DNA of 64,000 nt from the NCBI RefSeq assembly GCF_009834535.1, contig NC_045697.1, positions 78,184,001 to 78,248,000 of the forward strand. Direction: 5' to 3'. The position numbers and the translations under genes are program-made. This document shows, in pieces, positions 10,516-23,485 of the stretch; position 1 is the stretch's first letter; each line of letters opens with the position of its first letter. Below the pieces are notes generated by a model. The model did no database searches. It saw nothing but the letters and a program-made list of their open reading frames with translations, and had not been told where the DNA came from. This stretch comes from Camelus ferus. Lineage: Eukaryota.

Positions 10516-13174
10516 AAGACAGAGATATTCTGTCCTCCAGTAACAGCTTTAAAGCACACACCGAATTTGAGTTAATCTGAGCTAACAGAGGAACAAAATC
10601 GGTGGTCCACAACTAGTTCTAAGAACAACAGAGAAGATTGGAGCAGACTGGGAAAAAATATTTGACAAAATGCCTATATTCTTAAAAAGTTATTCAATGC
10701 TCTGGACAGGGAAGCTGTGAGTGATTCTTAGAATCCGCTTTTTAGAATCTTCAGTTTTGATTAGATCACTGGACAAGATTAGATACTTATAATGTTCCCG
10801 TATTGAATGTTGGAAAATGAGACCTATAAACAGAGCTATTTTTTACTTGTTTAATAAGAGATTGTGTGTGGGGTTTCTGGGCGTTACTGCCTGCTCTTAT
10901 CATTTAAAGAATACCATGTAGAATTTGTGATTGCTATTTGTGTTTGATTAAACGTATGACATGATGACATGAAGGACACTGAACGGTGCAGTGTCTGGTC
11001 TGTCTGATTTGGATCTTTTGGTAATGTTGGTTTTTCCATGCGTTCTTGTGACAACACAGCTTACTCTGAAATACAATGATAAAGATGTTACTCTTCTGTA
11101 CAGACTCAGAATTTTTCTTCTTTAAATGCTTCTAAGTGATTCTTACTTTCAAACTTTTTCTTTTACAGATGATAACATTGCAGTCTAAAAGTATTTCTAA
11201 TTGTGTTTACGTGCTCTGTCTTTTTTCTTATTGTCACTAATCCCAGCCTGATTGTATTTACTCATTGCAATCTCTTTTTAAATTTAAACCTGAATCTACA
11301 TTAATAATATATGTTTAGTAGTTCACATTTTTATATTTTCATATCCTTTACAGACCAGTTTTCTCTTATGTGATTGGGATCTGATCCTTTACTACAACCG
11401 GGTCTCACTTACTTACCTCTGAAATGGGCATTATTTATTCTAAGTCATATATCTCATAAGAATTTAAGCGGATTATCAGGTCCTCTAAAGTGCTTGAGCT
11501 CTTTGGAAAAAAATAGCTCCACAAATACTGGGCATGATTTTTATTAATAAAAATACAGCTATCACAGTGAATTGGTTATTCCTAGTTGTTCTGTTTGACC
11601 TTTACATATTATTTTTTTCTTCAATAAGTAGAGTAGATTGCTGAAAACATTAGAATTTATGGATGAACAACCATGTTGGACTAACACTATATAATTTCGT
11701 TACTTAGTTCTGGTCAGCAATTCCTGTGCTAATGGCCCAAGCATTATCTTATCTTTCAACAAGTTTTCCCTATTATTTCAGGTCTCTCTAGTAGTCGGAG
11801 TTATATTATCTGAGATTAGTTTTATGTTCCAATGCATAATATTTTATTTTCAAAATCAGCTTAGACATTATTGCTTTATATTATAATTCATCATTATAGC
11901 ATTACATACGAAAACAGATGTGGTTCAGTCCCTTCCCAGTGCGTATTCCTCGCCGCAAGCTGAACCTCGCCTGTAGATATGCGTGCCCACCTCGTGTTCA
12001 CGCTAATTGAAATCTGGAAACTCATCAGATGAAATATTCTTTTCTCTCATCCCCAAATTTACCTCAAGTAGAAATGACTTAGTTGTCATCTCCCCTCCAC
12101 ATTTTTTTTTAATACTTAATTGTTTTGCAAAATCCAATTTGGCTGTGGATAGAGGGCAGCAGAATTTAATTTTGCACTTCTTGATTATTGTTCTACTTGA
12201 TCTTTAATTATTAGGCATAATTAATTTTTTCTCCAGATAAAAAAATGTGGATTGGCTTCCTGTGCTGCTTTTTCTTACCTATTTTACCTCATCACTCTGG
12301 CTCGTCTGCAGAGAATGAATCATTCGCCATTTGCACCTCTGTTTACTATAGATATTGTGATCTTTCTGCTCAGTGTTTATTAAAGAATTATTTGTCTTGT
12401 CTTCTCAGTGCTGCCATAAGCAAAGAATTGTGAGTCCTCAGTCTTCTAATCCTTAATTTGCATATGTTTATTATAATTTTCCTTTTTTTATTTCTAGGAT
12501 TACAGTTTTTTGTAATCCATAAAACAATGCACTTAGTATCTTTTCAGTTTGTTTCTTTCTAACAGATAGTTTTACTATAACTTCATTCAGGTAAACCTGG
12601 CCCTGAGTTTACTGCTATGGAGATGCTTGGGCTCCAGCTGGCACATGCTCATGACATCATCACAAAAATAATGTCAATCTACTTTCCATGGCCATCGAGG
12701 GAATTTTGGGTACCATCTTACAGTGGTCCAGGGTATTTGTTGGGAGGATGCCCTGAGAGATAATTGTCTTAATTGTTTTAATATAAATAACATTTTCTCC
12801 TGCCAGAAGAGATTGCATGGTGAAAACATAAAGTCTGAGTGAATAAAATGAGAAAGAGCTGATACTGGATTACATTTGTAATGGCTGCTAATAAAAGAAG
12901 ACAATTCAGTTCTTTTTTACTGTGAAATAGATCATACATGCAAAAGAGCATATACAATGTATATCTACATTTAAAAAAGCAACATAAAAAGCTTCAAGAA
13001 TTTTCCTAAAATCCTTATAGAGAGCCACATCAATACTTGTTTCCTTTCTGTTTTCATGTGGGACACGGGATTCATTTCTTCAAGAAAATCTTCAGCCTCA
13101 CTGGTTTCTGAAACTCTCTTAGCATCTTTATAGATTTCTCCCTTTCTCCTTTCTCACTCTTGGAGTTTCTAATT

Positions 13175-13257
13175 GTCTGGCTAAGGCCTGGGCACTAGGA
13201 TTTTTTAAAAATTCCCTAGGTGTTTCCAACGTGCAGAGACTCTGGAGAGTCACCCTG
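13175..13257 (+). mobile_element. MER5A/B 3' half
   Basis: GGCCTGGGCACTAGGATTTTTTAAAAATTCCCTAGGTGTTTCCAACGTGCAG. Confidence 0.55.
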
Positions 13258-13899
13258 GAGTCTGGTGTGTTGTGCTGTTTTCTTGCGTCCATCTCTTCTT
13301 GTGTTAATTTTTTCCCCAGCTTCTGGATCTCTTGTCTCCTGACCAGCTCCCTCATCTGTGAAGTTCTCCTCTGTGCCTCTTCTCTTCCTTATGGAATTCT
13401 CTGACATTTTAAGGAGAGTTGAGCATTTCTTACTTTGTGTATTTTCTTCAAATCTCACTTAAGTCCCTTCTCACCCCATTTTGTATTTATTTGTTTATGG
13501 GAAATTATTGTCCACGTGGGGCCTTGTCCTTCCGTTTTGCGTTGTTGGAAGGTGGCCCGTGGCAGAGGTTCATCGTGTGGCTGCCAAGCGAGTTCTAGCC
13601 CATCCCATTTCTTCCCCAGACATCCTGTTTTTCTTTCTTCTGTTGTAAATGACAATAAAAGACCCACATTTCAAGTTAATTAGTGTGACTTAGATTATGT
13701 CCTTTGAATGGATTTTAAATTTGTGTCCTATACAAATTATAATAAAGTTTTCTTATCAGTACTTAGTAAAGAATCTTTTCAGCGGTCCCTGATCAACATA
13801 ATTTATAAAAAGTGGCAAGAAGGTGTGCCTACATTAGTTTTAGGTTGAGTTTCTGCACTGTAATTTCTGTTTTACTCATCTCTAGCATCCTTGCTTTAG

Positions 13900-14113
13900 G
13901 GAGGTGGTGATGCATAAGGAAAATACGTAAGGCTTTGTAGTTACACAACCAACGCTTGCAATCCCCATCTGTCACTTAACGAGCTCCATGACCATGGTCA
14001 AGTTTCTTAACTTCTCTGGCCCTCAGGATTTTCCTCTCAAATTGAAAATAATAATGTCCACTATAAAGGGATGACATGAGGAATAAATGAAATAATACAT
14101 ATGAGGCACTTAG
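13900..14113 (+). mobile_element. MIR SINE
   Basis: TGACCATGGTCAAGTTTCTTAACTTCTCTGGCCCTCAG...TGAGGAATAAATGAAATAATACAT. Confidence 0.8.
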
Positions 14114-16501
14114 ATCCTATTAAAGGTGCAAACACTTTTGCAGCAGAATGATCTCTGTATTATTTAAATAAGATGTTTTATTTTGGATAATATATGTGAT
14201 AAATACTAACCACACGTTCATGTGCTGGTAATTTGGATCTCAGCAGTGTAGTGTGTACCTACTACTCAGTTTCACCTCTGCCCTTCTTTTTTTGGTTCAG
14301 TCATCACAACAATGGGACTGTCTTGCAATGGTAAACTTAAAGATTATAATAGTTAGAAGTATTGATAGCACTTGTCGGTAATAATGCTGGGAAGCACTGG
14401 TATACAGTACTGTGTATCTTTGAGGACAACAAAAAGAAAGCATCCCAAAAACCATACATCAGAGGATTTGCACAATACGTAGAATCTTTGTCCTTAATGC
14501 TACTGAGGGGGGGAATGACTCCCTTCAGCGCCTGGCTTAATCTCCTTCTACATTCACGTCAAAACCAGCTTATGTGCTCTGGCCAACCTGAGCCAGCTAA
14601 CTTTTGCTTAGATTTTCTCTTTGCCACAAACTTGGCATTTTGTTAATGTCATCTCTCAAATTGATCCTGAGCTAACTGATATTAGAAAAAAAGTAATACA
14701 AAATCAGTTTTATGTTTAGTTAGCCTTACAGGACTATCTAGCAAGATTTATGAAGCCTCCCACCACCAAGTTCATTAATAACATGATATATAAATGGAAA
14801 CATTTAAAAATCATTTCTTTTCTCTTGTAATCAATGGATATTTCATGTTATTATTATTTTTTTCTCTGTCAAACACAGGTCAGTGCTTGTATTAACAGGA
14901 TTTTAAAACCCAGTTAAATCTGAGAGTGACTTCATAGTTATTTTGCGTTGAAAAGATAATGGGCTTCATTTCAGGGTCAGGCACTGTGAGTTCAAGTTCT
15001 ACCAAGAAGTACACAAAGGAAACTGTGGGGGCACTGCCCAGTTTTAAAACACGAATCACTAAAAAAAGAGAGATCCTGAAGTTTAAAATAACAGCATGCA
15101 GATTTCTTTATAGAATTTAAAGAATGGAAAACACTTGCAAAAATATCAGCAGGCAGGGGCAGGAAGAACAAACGGTAACCAAATTGGTTCCTGTGACAAA
15201 CCATAACATTTACTTTAAACCATCAGCGTGCTACTCAGTAAAAAGCAGGCTACCACTTTTTTAATAGATCCCAGGCCTTGTTAAACTCACTGGTCTGCAA
15301 GAATTACCCAGGTCAAGAGCAGGTCAAAAAGTGAAAACCCATGTGAAAGTAAACTCTGAAATATCTGCTTTTGAAGAAGCCCAGCCGACTGTCTCCTCTG
15401 TAGTAAATACACTTCCTTTTTGTGTATGATATTGTTCAATATACTGTACTTAAAATACACGCAGGTAGCAGTCACAACAGTACACTGCTTTATAGCCTGT
15501 CTCCTAAGTGCAGGGCCGACTTCTCCTGTAGTTTGTGACTCTTTCTTAACTTATTTGCTCCCTAAAGCCTTAAAAAATAATTTGAAAATCCCCTAAATTT
15601 CATAAGGAAAGAAAAAAGTTGTGGCTCTGCTTGGAGTAGTCGCCTCTATTTTGTTTTGAAATAGCTACGCTCTATTTAAAACTAGAGCTGTTATTTCCTC
15701 ACCGGCAGAATAAAGCAGCAGGAGGGTGACTCACTGTGGAATTTATTTGCCTGGTAAACTGGGCATTAATCTGGCCTACAATACACTTGCTCCAGATTTT
15801 GTTCAAGTGTAAGGTCATACTGTGAAGCTGTTTTTCATTTTGTTTTATATGTGTTAATATAATGCCTTATGAATTACCCTAGAGTTTTGTTCTGACAGCT
15901 AAAAAGCATAATCGTTTTTCCTTTCAAGGGGATTGAAAGCAAAGCAATTGACTGGATATTTGAAATGATTTATCTAAGATCCTTTCTCTCACATCTTGCC
16001 TTAATGTTGGTAGAGAATATTCTTTGAGTCTTTACTGGTAGCATTGTATTTATCAAGCTCTTTGCCTCTTTGCCTGTTTCTCAAAATTGAGTCCATCTAA
16101 GGGTCTGATCTTTTAGAGTTTATTGGCAAAACTGCCTACAGAGTTAATGGGCAACATACTATGATTTTGATAGGAAAGAAATAGTCTCTCGAGATTTAAA
16201 TCAGAGTTCTCTCCGTAGAAAAAAAATGAAATCTTTTTCTATTTTCCGAAGAAATGAATGATGAGGTTTTTTATGCATTTGACTATAGAGATGAAGTGCC
16301 TGCCTACAATGGCTGTCAATTAATAGTATTAATTGTAAAAGACAGTGTCATTCTCAATGTGAGGACATGAAGAAGACGATGTATCATCTGTGAAAAGAGT
16401 TTCCCTGAACACGTGTAAAAGTAATGAATGCATAAGAGTATATAAGATGGGTGCCCAATGATGATGCTGGTGGTGGTGGGAGGTGGTACTCATTATATAA
16501 G

Positions 16502-16731
16502 AACAGCTGACTGTTACTGAGTACTTATCGTGCACCTGGAATTCTCCAAAGGCTTTATAGTGTTAATTCATCTAATCTTCACAACAACCATATAAGGTGT
16601 ATAGTATTATCATTCTCATAAGGACAGAGAGATTAAAGAATTTGCCCAAAGACACAGAGCTAGTAAGTGCAGCTTATGGGTTCAAACCTAGTAATCTGGC
16701 TTCAAAGTTTGTGCTTTTAAACACCATGCTA
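16502..16731 (-). mobile_element. MIR SINE
   Basis: TCATCTAATCTTCACAACAACC...TTGCCCAAAGACACAGAGCTAGTAAGTG...GGTTCAAACC. Confidence 0.85.
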
Positions 16732-16854
16732 AGTGTCAAAAGATTTAAGAGAATTTGAGAAGATTTCAGAGGGAGAAGAAATCACTTCCAATGAGGGCTA
16801 CTAAGGAAGGCTTGGTGCAGAAGGCGGGCTTCAGTTCATTCTGGAGACTGAATA

Positions 16855-16978
16855 GTGAGATCCTGGTTGTACGCCCGTGGGGGCTGTGGCTGCCTCTGTC
16901 ACCGCTGTTCCCCGGGCACCCAGCCCGGGACTGGTGCACACAGACACACGATGATTAAATAGGATCTGGATGGATAGG
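16855..16978 (+). mobile_element. L2 3' end
   Basis: GTGAGATCC...TGTCACCGCTGTTCCCCGGGCACCCAGCCCGGGACTGG...GATGGAT. Confidence 0.5.
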
Positions 16979-17547
16979 GGTCACCTGCATGCTTGCTGAG
17001 CTGGCAATACCTCTGAATATTGCATTTGACTCTGTTTAGCTGGATGTAGACTTTAAAAAAGTATCCATAAAGTATAAATGCACATATGCAAGATCTGCTT
17101 AAACTTTCCTCTAGTGAAAATATTTCTTAAAAGCCGACATGTCTCTAGTTACTCTGTTTACTTTTCTGTCTGCTTAGTATAGTTCTAAGAACTACAAAGA
17201 ACTGGTTTGTATTTGTTTGTGTCCTAGCTCTTTAATATTCACTTGCTCTCTTCTATTTTCTGCTTCTCCAGACCAGAATCATAGTAAGACATTTTATTTC
17301 AAATTTTGGCTCTTTAAAAAAAAAATCACAGTAATCCAGTTAACTACTAGCAACAGGTAAACAGATGATAGGAGGGAGATGAAGCAATAAAGGAGATCCA
17401 GATATACTGCTTAAATATTCCATTAACACTACATGTAGTGTTTTAGTAATCAACACGGTTTTTGTTGAAGATCTCCAAAGTCTTTGCCTGCAAGATAGCC
17501 TTGTGGTATATACAAAATAAATCTATGAAAACTATATTTGGTATTTG

Positions 17548-17775
17548 TCAAGAATAATGGTTTTGGAGTCAGACACTTGTGGTTTAAAATCCTAGCTCTC
17601 TTGCCTTCTGATCCAACGACAAGAGGCAAGATGGTTAAACTCTTTGAATTTCAAGTTATTTATGCTTCATAGGATTTTCACAAGAATTACATAAAATAAT
17701 ATACATTATTTTAATATATAAATGCTTAGCATGGTGCCTTATGCATGGAAAGAATCAATGGTGGTGGCAGCTGTA
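17548..17775 (+). mobile_element. MIR SINE
   Basis: TTTGGAGTCAGACA...AAATCCTAGCTCT...AAATGCTTAGCATGGTGCC. Confidence 0.75.
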
Positions 17776-17829
17776 ATGGTACTTGTTATAATCACCTTTA
17801 AATATGGAAGAAATAAAAAAAGTGGTTCC

Positions 17830-18400
17830 TATAATTATGCTGGCTGGGGCCTTCAAGAAGCTTTCAAGGGGAAGGTGGACCTTAAGGTGAAGGGAGGAAG
17901 AAAGGAGGGGGACACATTCTAGCAAGAGAAAGATCATGGCCATAGGAATAGAGGAAGCCTTAGAAGTTGGTCAGCTTGGTGAGAAGTGAGAGCGTTAGAC
18001 CCCGCCAGGCAGGCAGGCGGCCAGTGTTAATGGCTCTCCTCCATGATGTCCAGATGTGCAGGGGCAGACTTACAGTCTTTCTGAGCATAAATGAATAGTT
18101 AATTAATGGCTCCTATGAGGAGGTGAGAGAAAATTACAGTGGTCTTTTAAGAAGTTTTGATCTGGTTGGGATGTAGGTGGTATGGAGCAGGAAGAAGCTC
18201 CAGGTAGGAAGGCCAATCTCAAGGCTTTGGTGTAATTATCTAAAGATGATTTGGTGAGTCTTTCACCAAATGACTGTGGAGGCAGTAAGAATGTGAGGTG
18301 AGGGGACCAGGAATCTGAGAGACTCTGCAAGGAAAGAAGAAATGACTTGGAATATAGGAGAGATGTCGAAAATGAGAAAGTCAAAGAACCCACAGATTCT
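17830..18400 (-). mobile_element. L2 fragment
   Basis: GAAGCTTTCAAGGGGAAGGTGGACCTTAAG...CATTCTAGCAAGAG...GGAAGGCCAATCTCAAGGCTTTGGTGTAAT. Confidence 0.6.
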
Positions 18401-18410
18401 AGACTTTGTT

Positions 18411-18616
18411 GTTTCTTTTCTTTTTTTGCATTTTTTCATTGAAGTATATTCGATTTACAATGGGTTAATTTCTGGTGTACAACATAATGATTCATTTATA
18501 CATATATATATATTTATTTTTATATTCTTCTTCAGTATAGGCCGTTACAAGGTATTGAATATAGTTCCCTGTAGAACAGTAGAAACTTGCTGTTTATCTA
18601 TTTTACATATAGTAGT
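18411..18616 (-). mobile_element. Short LINE-1 3' UTR end
   Basis: T-rich tail, then TTGAAGTATATTCGATTTACAAT...TTCTGGTGTACA...TATTGAATATAGTTCCCTGT...AAACTTGCTGTTTATCTATTTT; same family as 3768-4004. Confidence 0.9.
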
Positions 18617-21307
18617 TCTTTTTTGAAACTTTAGGCATTCTAACATTTAAAAATTACTATCCTAAAATATTTTAGTGATCACTGTCAAATGACATTGTCC
18701 TGCAGCTCTTGTAAAATATTGTGATGATGTGAAAGGTTAACTGAACTGAGAATTTAAAGTTTAATATAAATAACTAGGTTTTCTAAATCTTATCAAATCT
18801 TGAACCACTTTGTTTAAATTGAGTTTTATGTTAACTATCTTTCCTTTAAGTAAATTACTTTCTGATGTGCTGGGGGTAAAAAAATCCTCTTGCATTAACC
18901 AGATAAAGTAACATGAGTTTGCTTTTGAAATTATTCTTTTTATTATCTCATCACTCCTTTTTTTCTGAAAAGTGAAACCAAAAAGCAAAAAAAAAAAAAA
19001 AAAAAATCCCGAATCTTAAGACAATATAATTAGATCTTTAATCATCTCAAAGTAGAACTAAGATAATTCTAAGTAGAAGGTTGGGATCTTTTACAAATGG
19101 GGGGAGGGGATTTGTGTAACATGACTCAAGCTGATGCACTTGAAACCTGACCAGGAAAAAGTCACTTTCTCAGAGGGTAAATACATTATTCATATTGGGG
19201 AGGGGGGAGGTCGTGTGGTCCAGCATATCATTTTTAAAAGCTGTAGGTCTCTTATGAATGCCAGCGACATTAGTACAGTCTGTTTTAGCATATTGCTCAA
19301 TCCAGTCCAGGTATTTCTACAGCAAACACAGTTGCGCTGAAATAACACTGCTGCCTTCAGTGGCTAATGACAAATAATGAAAAGAAAGAGCCACGGAAAT
19401 AAAACTATAAAGATAGGGCCAACAGCTGAAAACTACTGATTCTTTTTTTACCTCATCAAATTTCTCTTTTTCACTAGTTCACTCAGGGCCACTATTTTAA
19501 AATGTAAACTTCAGAATGAAACTGAAATGACCTAATTTCTGAAGTGGATGGAAAACTCTTATTTTAGCTTTACATACATACCAGAAAGCAGAGTTAACAC
19601 AAGTTGGATGTTTTATTATTTCCCAAATAAATATATTTTGTTGTCATTCATTTTAATTTACACAATATCTTAAATCCTTGATATTTGGCGAATATGAGGT
19701 ATCATTTTATAAGCTGTATATCTTACATTATAAATCAGTCATACCATTTAGAACTTCAGCACATAAGTTCAAAAATAAGAAAATAAAAATTTCAAGATGA
19801 CTCAAGACAATACAATGAGGTAACAGTTGTCAAGAAATAATCTGTTACCAGTTTTTATGAATTTGGTTTAATTGGAACTTCTTTTTGAAAATTACAGCAC
19901 GTGTGATACTCAATGAAAAACTGTTTAAACAATTCTTTCTGAGTCTGCATTTTCTCTGCTTTCATGAGGGAAGAAAACTGTCTAGAGATGAAGAATGGGA
20001 GCTTGTTACTGACTTTGCACCATTTCTGAGGTAGAACCCCAGTGACAATCTCTTTTAATCTTTGTGTTTAATTATTAATTATTCTGTTTGTTTGGCTTTC
20101 CTATCCGGCAGTATTGTTATGGAGACTACATGGCACTATTCCGTCTCATCAGGGAGCATGCATTTTTATTTCTTACCTAAGACTACCTTCAATCCAGTTG
20201 GAGAACAGCCTGAGATGTGTGGCAATGACATGCAAAATAATTGCTTTTTCTTAATCTTTAGACACGGAGTCATCATTTAGAGAAACTCGGTGGTTGTTCC
20301 TCTACAGCCTGGATAACGTCCTTTGTATTGAAAAATCACACTGGAGACTGTTTATTTACAAGGGTCTAAACATGCGTATCTTTATGGCTTTCTCCTGTCA
20401 CAATGAATCACCAGCTGTAAGTTGTCCTTTGTTGGTTTTGGTAAAAATCAAATGAAACCCAACAGGAGATCTCAGGGTGCATTGTCCACGAGTGTAAAAA
20501 TGCTGTGTTGATGACAGATCATACTGTTTTTATTAAAGCTAAGAACATTGACTTGACTTTGCTTTTTGACCCTGGTACTCTACTGTCAAGGTGATTTTAT
20601 TTCTACAAATTTTCCTTCTGCTGGCTTCATCAATGATTCACCATAAAACATTAGACAAATTCCCATCATCTGTATACGATTATAGCAAGTTCTGTTGTGC
20701 TGCTCACTGAAACTAAAAAGATGTTGTTCAGCTTTGTCTAAAGAGACGTCAATTTACTAATGCTCCCGCCTTGCACAGTAGCTTCTTATTTTAACACCAA
20801 ATTATAAAATGATACAGAGTCAATGCAAAGCATCCTGATATGCCATTTAATACCCTTTGCTAAAAACTTCAGCTAATCTTCATATATTTTTAAAAAGAGA
20901 AAAAAATAATGTATTTAGCAAACAATAACTCGTGTATGGTCAGGATATGTGGGATTATCTGTAGCTGATCTCTTGAAGACATGAATGTAGTAGATCTCTC
21001 AGTCCTCAGATCTATGACCTGTGTTATATTTAGAACATTATTTATACACATAACTTTAAAAGTAACCAGATAAAATAGAACTGCACACAGGATTCTAAAG
21101 CCATTAAAACTGCCATGCCACTAGGGATCTGCTGAAGGACAGGCTCTCCGATGCATCTTCCTCTTTGTCATCTCAAATTGGTTTTCATCGTATTTCTCTG
21201 GTGTAGTGCTAGTCTATGCCTTGAAACAATTATATACACAATGAGAGGCATTTAGTTCATATTTTCAGAGCACATATATTCTATAAGATTATACAATAGC
21301 AATAAAA

Positions 21308-21520
21308 AATAATAGTAACCATTAACTGAGTGTCTGCTAAGTTCAAGGCACTTTACGTACATGATCTCACTTAAGATCAACCTAGCGATGTAGCTGTAAG
21401 GATGATAAAATGGAGTCTCAGATCTCAGAATGATTAAGTAGCTTCTCTAAGATTTCAGAACTAATAAGTGACAGAATAGAGAATTGAATGCAGATTTGCC
21501 TAACTCAGAGCTAATGCTTT
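21308..21520 (-). mobile_element. MIR SINE
   Basis: ATAGTAACCATTAACTGAGTG...GAACTAATAAGTGACAGA...CTAACTCAGAGC. Confidence 0.7.
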
Positions 21521-22699
21521 GCTGTCCTATCCTTTTCTTTGGCTGATAAGGAAAAAAAAAAAAAAAAGAAAAAAGAAAAAAGAAAGAAACAAACAAAAAG
21601 GTGAGAAACCCAGCAGTCTAGCTTCAGCCTAGCTCCACGATTCTCACTGTTGCAATAGGCTGTCACTCTGAGAAGTTTGGATCACATACTGCTCTTCCTA
21701 AATGGCTTCAACTTTCTTAAAGATTATGTGGCAATATTTCATTGTATCAATTGAAATACTCCTCAAACCCCTGACCCATTATTTTAACCTCATCCCCTAA
21801 TATGTCCTTTCAAATATCCTGCATTTTGAACCCCAACAATTTGGTCTTCACAGTAGTTGCCAATACACCATTTGTTCTTATTGGAGAAAAACGCCTTCCT
21901 TCACTCTTGGTTTCCATGAGGAGAGATTTTCCCTCAGCACAATATTGGTCTTTTTCTGTCCCTTCCTTCTCTACCTCTGGGAAGATGGAGTAACTTTTCT
22001 GATGAATACCTTTGGGAGAGATGAGCTCAGCATATCTCTGCCCTTCTTTAATTGTGATCTAACTGCTGAGTTTGAGCCCTTTTGGCTCCAGGGCACAGGT
22101 TTGGGGTTGCTGCTATCGGCTCGGTCAGCCTGCCTAACTCTGGGATTCCATTAGCAGGCGCATTTGGTTCTTGAACTAAGCTGCATCTTTCAGTGTGGCA
22201 TCTATCAATAGTAAAGTCCATATTTTAGCTTATTCTTTGCTTTATTTCTCAACACACACAGAACCTGGGTGGGGAAGAGGATGCTATTGACTGAGGACTC
22301 TCTCTGAGATTCCAAGAATGCCGTCCCCTCTAGCTATGTGACCTTCTTCAAAATCCATATAACCAAGACCCATTTAACATTCAAGACCTTCGTAAATGCC
22401 CTTTCTCTTGCCAAGGTCCCTATTTGACAGCCTCATGTGAATAGAATCTTTCCTTCCCTTAAACCTCCTTAGTAGTTTGCTGTTACTTCTTCAAATAATA
22501 TTTATCTTAGCTCTTATCTTTCATTTATTTATTCACTTTATAAATTTGAAACTACACTCTGTGCATTTCCCTCATTCCTGGGGTTCCAGCAGCCCACAGG
22601 TCAGATGGGGACCCTACCTTTCTTGAATTGTTAGCTTCGGGCAGCAGGTACAGATTGAAAAGTAATGGCAAGTGGTGTGAATGGTAAATGGAAGGGCAG

Positions 22700-22822
22700 G
22701 GTGCCATGGGGCCGCGTATAGCAGGGGTGGCAAACCTAGACTGGGACATGGTCAAAGCGGCGGTCAAGGTCGCAGCCAGGCTGCAATCCTTTCCAGAACC
22801 TGAGGACCTCTTCTAAGCTACC
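22700..22822 (-). mobile_element. MLT1-like LTR fragment
   Basis: GGTCAAGGTCGCAGCCAGGCTGCAATCC...GGACCTCTTCTAAGCT resembles the MLT1D-type core at 27590-27655. Confidence 0.4.
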
Positions 22823-22984
22823 AAGCCACTTTACAAAGTGACTTTTAGGCCAATACTTGAAAAATGAGTAGGAATTAGTTGGATGAATGGACTAGATGTC
22901 TAGGGGGCAGAATATTTGTTGAATTGAGTTATTTTTCTTGAAAGTGAGTTCTCCTAATCTTTACTTGAGAATACTCTATAAGTA

Positions 22985-23210
22985 TTACTATTTTATGTTT
23001 ATAGTATGCCAGGTACTGTGTTAAACATTATACACACATTAGTTTATTTTATCTTTCCTTAACTTTATTGTGGCACTATTATCTCAGTTTTACAGATAAT
23101 GAAACTAGATTCAGAGATACAGTAAGTAACTTGTCAAAGGTTGTAAAGCTAATTGGTGGCAGAGCCAGGGAGCCAGGAGTCACCTCACTCCAGAGCCCTC
23201 TCTTTCTACG
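22985..23210 (-). mobile_element. MIR SINE
   Basis: TATGCCAGGTACTGTG...TTTTACAGATAATGAAACT...AAGTAACTTGTCAAAGGT...GTGGCAGAGCCAGG. Confidence 0.8.
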
Positions 23211-23239
23211 ACAGTGACTGTGACGGCTGCTGCTACTGC

Positions 23240-23485
23240 TGAGTAAACCTCTCATCAGTGTTTACTACGGGCATTCTTGTCCTAATGGCTTTACGCACAG
23301 TGTCTTATTCAATCCTCAGAAGAGCCCTGTGATGTTGATAATATTATTTACTATCCCTGTTTTAAAGAGAAAGACGTTCAGGCACAGGGTGGTTAAGGAG
23401 CTAAGTTCACAGAGCTCGAAGGTGGTGGAGCCAGGATCCGAACCTCAGCAGTGCTCTCTAGGGCTCAAATTTCTTAATCATACCC
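23240..23485 (-). mobile_element. MIR SINE (tandem with previous)
   Basis: ATTCAATCCTCA...CCCTGTGA...GGCACAGGGTGGTTAAG...GTGGTGGAGCCAGGATCCGAACC. Confidence 0.78.

Noticed and set aside
18987..19006. A20 tract (also the A-rich tracts at 21551 and 25474) as a possible retrocopy tail
   Set aside because: No TSD, SINE body or mRNA-like sequence upstream; treated as simple repeats.
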